Shown here: one piece after another, positions 46,766 to 53,727 of the stretch
How the letters are laid out: the number at the start of each line of letters is the position of its first letter
Numbering within the stretch: the first letter of the stretch is position 1
Assembly (NCBI GenBank): GCA_023334545.1
Contig: JAADVB010000120.1
Coordinates: 1 to 53,727 of the forward strand
Length of the DNA stretch: 53,727 bases
Reading direction: 5' to 3'
Source of the DNA: Salisapilia sapeloensis CBS 127946
Taxonomy: Eukaryota; Protista; Oomycota
The notes under the pieces: model-generated
Database searches by the model: none
Told to the model about the DNA's origin: nothing
What the model saw: the letters and a program-made list of their open reading frames with translations, nothing else
Made by a program: the position numbers and the translations under genes

Positions 46766-48430
46766 GACGTTTTTAAGCAGATTAAAGCTAATGGATTAAC
46801 TTTGTATTCGCATAATAATTTTTCTCTGCACGAAACGAAAGCTTTGAAGCGGAAACTGACCAAGCGGATAGACGCCCATGTCACTGACCCCTTCATGAGA
46901 TGACACAACATCATAAATGTGTCTTTCTATGGGTCTAAAGATTACCAGTATATCAGCATTAAACGTCTACATACAGATGGAATAAATCGCTGTCGGATCG
47001 AAGCACAGTTTGAATAAAGTCGTCAGGTACTCTTATTCAGCAAGCTATGGAGGACGTGGTAACAACAATGTCCTTAGTGATCTTTCTTCTTTCATTGTGG
47101 TAGCTGTCCAGAAGGAGACGCTGAACGTGTGAGAAGAATAAAAGGACATCAAAGGGCTCTAAAGATGCAAATCGTGGAGTCTCTAGTCGGTACTTAACGG
47201 CAATTGCGTTGTCTCAAAATGGAAGTGTTACAGCTATGGAAACAAAATCGATCAAGTGAAGACCGATTCGTATGATCAAAGTCTAAAGCTACATGTATCA
47301 CCCTAAACTAGGAAAGACGCATTCTACAGTTTTGCATATGGCTTTTGCTGAGAATTTGTATATGACTTGCATAGTCGTGTAAGCACTGCTTCGCAGAAAG
47401 CCAAAGTAGCTCGTGAATTGTTTTAACTTGCAACTTCGTCATCATCAAGATTCGCATCCTAAGGAAGCATTGTTCGTGTCCGACTAGGATCTTGTGACAA
47501 GAAGAAGAAGGGTAGAATAGCCGGGTCATGCACCCTAAAGGTGAGGTACCATTCCGATCGATGTATCTTCCAGAAAGCTGTATGCATGGCAAGGTCTACG
47601 CCTTCATGATCTACATAGCACTGCAGTCGCATTAAGATCCATATCCTACTAAGGTTTTCACTTCTGAGACCTTGCATTAGCTCATGCTTTGAGACCAGCT
47701 CAGGTACTGTATTCGTCTCCTTTGATGGAAAGATACATCGATTGCCAACTGAAGTAGTCGAGACTATAAATAAGCCTGAACTATGTTCGAATAAAAGATA
47801 AAGCTTCCACTGAAGTATGATTTAGTTATGGACTATCTAAGATCGAGAGCAAAGCTTGCTAAATACGTTGAAATACCAAAATGAAAGAAATACGTGTTGC
47901 TAGTCAAAAGTACTTTGCAAAAGATAGAACAAATTTATTAGAAATTTTTCATAATAAATGACTAGATATAGAAAAGTATCGATAGGATGTAAACGAGGAT
48001 CATCGAGGGTACAGCCGTGACTAACTTGAAAGGATGGATGGAATTCAAAATGTTTTGGTAAGACCAAGAATGGAAAGACATAGTTGAAGTATAATATCAA
48101 TGCTTTGGGTGATTAATTTTACATCCTACTGCATCTTTCATTTATTCAACAATAAGAGCGAATAGGATCATCAGCATATAGCTCCATGAGAACTCTCTTG
48201 CGCTTTCATTTAAATTTATCCTCCTTTTACAGTAACCTGGTCTCGTAGAAGTTCATTTCATCGTATTGTCTTGCTTTGTCGCATCGTTTTGAAGCGTACC
48301 CACTCATAGTATCGACTGGAAGAAACCTCTCTCTGCTCGTTTTCATCTACATCGATCCCATTCTTCATCCTGCCTTCCAAGTAAAAGTATCAATTTCGCA
48401 CGGGACCAAATTGAACGAAAACGACTACCA

Positions 48431-51250
48431 ATGTCTATGTCTAGAATCCCAAACAAGAATTTATACAACTACGCAAAGTCAGGAGATGTAGAAGATGTTC
48501 TCAAAATGATTCAAAAGGCGCTGATGTGAACTGGAAGCTCTTTGAGGATGACAAAAGGGCATCCCCGCTTACAATGGAGGCGTTAGGTGGGCATGTCGAA
48601 GTGATCGAATATTATTTCCGTCATGATGCACGAGACATGACAATGAATAGTGATCATTGGACACCACTTCATGTTGCTGCCATGGAAGGGCATGTGGAAG
48701 TGGTAAATGTGCTGCTACAAGACGGAGCGCACGTGGATGTACAAGATTTAGACTTATAAACTCCACTTTATATCGATGCTGAAAAGGGACAAGTACAAGT
48801 TGTCAATTTGCTCTTGCAGATGGAAGCGGACGTTAATAAGCAGAATAAGCATCATGCTACTCCGCTGCACATTGCCGCTGGAAAAGAACAAGTGGAGGTT
48901 GTGAAATTGCTGCTAGTGAATGGTACAGACGTTGATAAACAAGGTGGCTACGATTTCACTCCACATTGCTGCGGAAGAAGGTCAAGTGGAGGCGACAAAA
49001 GTGCTTTTACAACATAATGCAGATATGAATAAACAGGATGGAAATGGATATACCCCACTCGATCGCTCTGTCCAAGAAGGACAGGTCGAGACTACCTGTG
49101 TGCTGCTACAAAACCATGCAGACATCGATATACTAAATAAGCATAATGTTACCCCACTTCACACCGCTGCGAGTAAAGGACAGACCGAGACGATAAACTT
49201 GCTGCTAAAGCATGGAGCTGATGTAAATAGTCCAAATCTACAGTGTACAACCCTGCTTCATATGACTGTCGAAGGAGGAAAAGTAAGAGCGTCAGATGTG
49301 CTACTACAGTCTGATGCAAAACATCAATAGCCAAGATGAAAGCAACTCTACTCCGCCCCATTATGCTGCTCGAGAAGGACAAGTAGAGTCGGCAAAGCTA
49401 CTTTTAGAAAATGGAGCAGACATCATTGCGCCGAATGCGTTTTACATGACCCCACTCCATATTGCTGCTTCATTGAGTCGAACTGCAATTACAAAGCTTT
49501 TGGCTGAATGGGGAGCCGATCTAGACACGAAAGACGATATCGATCCAACGATCATGCAATGTATAGTCAGAAGGCCTGATGAAGCGAATGTGATGCTCAT
49601 CCTGAGACCATTTGCAAGTCTGTCGATAGCGAGAAAGAGTGGAAATCGTAGAGTCGTGCGAGGCATTTTACGTCGTACAATTGCTCGAAAGTCCGTGAGA
49701 GAGATGGTATCTGGCTATAGTAAAGTTCAAAACGCCATAGATCATCTTATCGACTGGATATGGAAATGTACGCTCATCCGTCTTACACGTGAGCATCGAG
49801 TGGAAATGGTGTATTTCGCTTTTGAGACGAATAGTAATTGTAAGAAGGATGTGATCTTCAAATAGATTGATGACAAAAAGTCGATGGAAACAGCAACATT
49901 CCGGGACGGATCGACCTTATTCCAACGAGCAATGACTTAGCATAATGTAGCAGCGCTGGAGCGAATGCTATGCTATGACCTGGATCCTTACGAGGGTATA
50001 GGCAGCAGCAGGCCTACGTCCGTCTTGCGTCAGCTTATCATTCGAAAGTCAGTAGATGAGATGGGAGCTAGCTATGAAAACCTGAAAACTGCTGCTGATA
50101 CTGTACCGGAATCCAATCGAAAATGTATGCTTTTTAGAGTCATGCATGATTACAAAGTCGAAATGCTATACTCGGCATTCGAGAGAAGTGATACGAACGA
50201 AAGATTGCCATCATCACTTGGATCAACACGAATTGAGTCCAAATCGTAAAGTATGTGGACGGATTGGCCTTGATGCACCGTGCTGTTGAATCTCAAAATG
50301 TTCCTGCTCTGGAGCGCATTAGATGCTATCGACTCGATCCTTACACGAGTATCAAAGACCATCAGCTGACGTCGGTTACAGATGGAAGAAACCAGCTAAA
50401 GGATAAGACACAAGAGAAGTGCATGGAGATCATGAAGTTCCGGTAGGTGAAGTGTCTTCAGAAACTAATGGAGAGTCAAGATATGTCAGTAAATGATAGA
50501 GCCGAATATTTAAGCTCCATGCTCTTCTTTTCAACATCCATGCATGAGGTCCGAACCATCCTACACTTCGCCATGGATCACTTTGAAGAAGCAAAGCTCA
50601 AGGTATTCATTCGAAAAGCTTTGGCGATGAAAACAAGCCACTGCTTTGTCTATGAAAACAGCAGTAGAAACTTTTGCATTAAACTTATCGTCGAATTGAG
50701 AAAGCGAGAGTTGCTGTCGGAGGAAGAAAAAGAAATTTATTTTTCCGAAGCGATTAAATTAAACGTGGAAAATTCGCCCTGGGTACGAGGGATTAGACTC
50801 TCTATCCAGAAGCTCGATGAGCGGGTGACGGCGGCTAAGAGAGCACTAGAAGCACTTAATGACAAATTTAATAAGCTCGTAGCAGCACTTAAGGAAAAGG
50901 GAGAACGGGATGCGAAGAATCAAAAGATCCGCCTCACCATAGCGCTTAATTGTGCATCGCTCGCTCTCTTCGGAGGTTTGGCGGTTACAGTGCTGCTAGA
51001 GACTGTGGTTTTTGTGAACCATCCTGGGCTTGTACTCGATGCCATCACAAATAGATCAAGAAATTTCGTGAACGACGTAGTGATAAAAGAAGGCATTAAG
51101 CGCATTCTTGAAGACGCTGCCATCCATTCAGAAGACTATGTAGCCAGATTTCAAGAAGCATTTCAAGAAACAGAGGCAAGATTGAACATTGGAAATGAGT
51201 CACAAGAGTTCAAAGGCATGAATCAAGCTGACGAGAAGAGTGCTAGCTAA
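48431..51250 (+). pseudogene. Ankyrin-family copy 3: about 11 ANK repeats, two helical modules and a coiled-coil/hydrophobic-hairpin domain; disrupted
   Basis: ATG 48431 (MSMSRIPNKNLYNYAKSGD) is homologous to the copy 2 start. Frameshifts near 48515, 48963, 49320 and about 50220; in-frame stops at 48757, 49863, about 49938 and 50444. Confidence 0.85.
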
Positions 51251-51499
51251 AGCACGTCAACTAAGCATGTGGAATGTTGTCAAGATGATCCGAAAACAGC
51301 AGAAGGAGAGAAGGAAGAGAGATGCTGGAACCGAATGTGTCTGTCGTCACAGTTCGGAGCCACCAGCTCTAAAGTCCAGTTTTGTGGATAGATCCAAGAT
51401 CCCGAAAAAAATTCGAGCTCATCCACTCCACTATGACACACGTTCTAGTAGAAGAGACGAAACGGAATTTGTAAAATTAGCCAAAAAGTTATATCAGAT

Positions 51500-51721
51500 G
51501 ATCTCATCGTAAACGAGACGATAGACGTCCGAGTGCGCGAAGACCTGGACCGAGAAGAGTGGGAAGACACGGAGTGCTCGGCGGCTATGTTTGCGTCCTA
51601 TTTGAGATACGTGGAGATCGTCGAGTGGCTTCTTTTGCAGACTGGTGAAGAGAATATGGAGCTGCCTTTCACTACTCAACATCGTGCAGAGGACGTCGTG
51701 GAGGTTCTTGAAGCAGCATAA
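51500..51721 (+). pseudogene. Short ankyrin-like fragment
   Basis: TECSAAMFASYLRYVEIVEWLLLQTG resembles one ANK repeat (ALMxAA..GHLEIVEWLL..G); no ATG-led ORF. Confidence 0.45.
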
Positions 51722-53727
51722 GCAGCTCTTGATGTGGACGATGCAAGCAGTACGAGAAGGACGAAATGCGTAGTTTGTCACTGCCTTTCGATAACGTGAT
51801 CAGCCTTTGCTTAATGTTGATCAGGTATGTTGTATCTCTTCTCACGTTGATATGCTCAATGTATGGATAGGTAGGTGGGTAGAGGAAGAGATTGGATAGG
51901 GTTTAAAGCCCCTTTCAATACGAGTGCTTGTACGCTAAGTATAGACTAAATGATTTCGAAGCTACATTAGCACTAGCCCGACACCTCAACCTTTTTTCGT
52001 GTTAAACGTCCATCCGACAATTGCCTTGCTATCAAAACTCATTTCTTGACAGGGGCCAAAGTCTACGCATGGTCGTCATAGGATCGCAACACAGCTCACT
52101 CAAATCGACTCTATGATACAAAAGAGAGAATCGGACCACAAATCTTGTCCGTGGGCTTCTTATGCAGGACTTCCATGTAACTCCATATCTTTTAATGCAA
52201 CGGCAATACTAATAGACGAGCAGATAACACGCATTCGTCATGTTACTCTGCTCTCGAATCGTACAAAATTACGCATATGGTATCGTCACAGATTAACCTA
52301 ATCTTAGAATTGGCAATTGCCGAAGCTCTCTCGAATCCAGAATCCTTACAGAAGAACCTACAATTAGTTTCAAGTGCACGGAATCCAATGCAAAAATGTC
52401 TATGCTGAGAATTATATTTGTGCAGCGGAGTAAAACCAAGCTCAAATACGAAGCGATACCATTCGCCAGTACGGATGTTTGCTGACCAAGAGAACGCGCT
52501 TCTCGCATATCCACTCGAAGCTTTTTCAGCATTTCTGGTTTAGTGAATAGCCACAGGCGTCTGGACTAGATACTAGACTGGAAACAGTTCGTCACGCCTG
52601 CTTATATCCTAGAAGAGAGTTTACCAGTCGTCCAGCCCAAAGAAGCAAATGTGTTGTGATAGCAAGTGTAGCTGCTGGGCACATGGGCAATGTATTCTTC
52701 CGTCTACAGCATACGGGTCCTCTCTTCCACTTACGTCTTGAAAGTTACAGAGCATCCAGATGGGATTATCTACAGAAATTTGGATGGACTGTTACTCGGA
52801 ATCTCGCGCTTGACGCATTCTACGCTTTCACACCTGCATGCCACTCATGCGCTGACGTGAGGTTTGGCTTTCGACTCACCAATCTGTGTCATAAGAATGT
52901 GCAATGCCTTATATTCGGCGGACTCGACTGAGACTCATCATCGAGAGTGAGCTATGTATATCACTCAATGCTCTCATTTTGACGAGAGTGCTCGACTTTT
53001 TTAACTTGTTCCCTTCTGTGTGCATCCGATTGCTAGAGACTTTTGCCAGGAATAGCCACGAACTCACTTGAAGCACAAAGGAATGCCAAATGACTAGAAA
53101 CCAATAGATGCAGTCTGTTGAGGAAGATTACGAAGCCTACAACTCCTCCAAAGCATAGCCGACTCGATGTCATAGAAAAGAGGGTACGTGGAGCTACACC
53201 AGTAAGTCCAAGGATCGCGCGAAAGGTAACTTTATCGGCTTTGAATGGGAAGGTATTTACAGCTCTAGGAAGCTACGTCATGGCAAAAGACTACCACACG
53301 ACCTGTGCACAACTTAAGTCACTATCTAGAATCGGTCACAGCTACCTGTTGTTCATCCTTCCATGCATTGTAACATCCCAGGATCCGTGCTCTTGCCCCA
53401 GACTTAGCCGCTTCTTCCGACGACAACAGCAGCTCTCTCGTCTTGAACCCGATAGCTAATCGCTTCTAAGCGAATAATACAAGTCCATAAACCTTCGACG
53501 GTAAAAAGAATGAAGATTTATTTGCAGCTTATCGACGCGAAAAATCCGGCTACCTAGGCCTACATGGACGTTTCAAAATAGCACCTATATCCATCCGTTG
53601 TCATTACGCACTCTGTGCAAGGTAGCCAGCAATCCGTCTTCGATCTGCTGCCACAAGGACTCTGTTCTACACGTACTACAAATATCCCATCCAGTCTCTT
53701 CGTCAGACGCCAGCTCATGATCTAGAA

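Noticed and set aside
50444-50446. Programmed stop-codon readthrough linking the ANK part to the tail domain
   Set aside because: Copy 3 has many other frameshifts and stops, and paralogues have sense codons here; a nonsense mutation is simpler.
41197-51250. Ankyrin cluster as canonical NLRs or as RXLR/WY or CRN effectors
   Set aside because: No Walker A/B, signal peptide, RXLR-EER or LFLAK motif; the helical module lacks WY/LWY spacing.
52935-52995. Short inverted repeat gagtga...tcactc
   Set aside because: A 6-bp stem is expected by chance and has no supporting context.
1-53727. rRNA, tRNA, CRISPR arrays, prokaryotic operons, and the many short antisense ORFs overlapping long genes
   Set aside because: No such RNA or array signature was seen; the DNA is intron-containing and eukaryotic; the overlapping ORFs are shadows of the long coding frames.

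Overview
Eukaryotic DNA, most likely from an oomycete (stramenopile). Support: 51-65 nt GT-AG introns, oomycete-type Inr/FPR core promoters and an oomycete-type START+FYVE gene; the organism itself cannot be named. No rRNA, tRNA, CRISPR array or intact transposon was found. A gene-dense core (about 2.3-39 kb) encodes PIG-A, a Nudix hydrolase, a TMEM128-like protein, START-FYVE, a UPL3/TRIP12-type HECT ligase, a ferlin, a ~2,780-aa secreted repeat protein, a DEDDy exonuclease, three small proteins (two absent from the ORF track), HPRT, BolA3 and RIC1. The core lies between two diverged copies of a ~700-bp repeat and is followed by a gene-sparse, decaying ankyrin-gene cluster (about 41-52 kb). 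Best candidates for undescribed biology: (1) an ankyrin family with variable repeat number, a shared unclassified helical module and a coiled-coil plus hydrophobic-hairpin tail; (2) RIC1 carrying internal PDZ-like and acyl-CoA-binding domains; (3) the giant protein built of ten ~240-aa Cys-module repeats; (4) a 38-aa microprotein sharing an N-terminal RxRTxSxVSxNEYF motif with a neighbouring RVxF protein; (5) a Cys/His-rich insert inside the HECT domain. Exon models and domain calls were made by eye; no database search was run.
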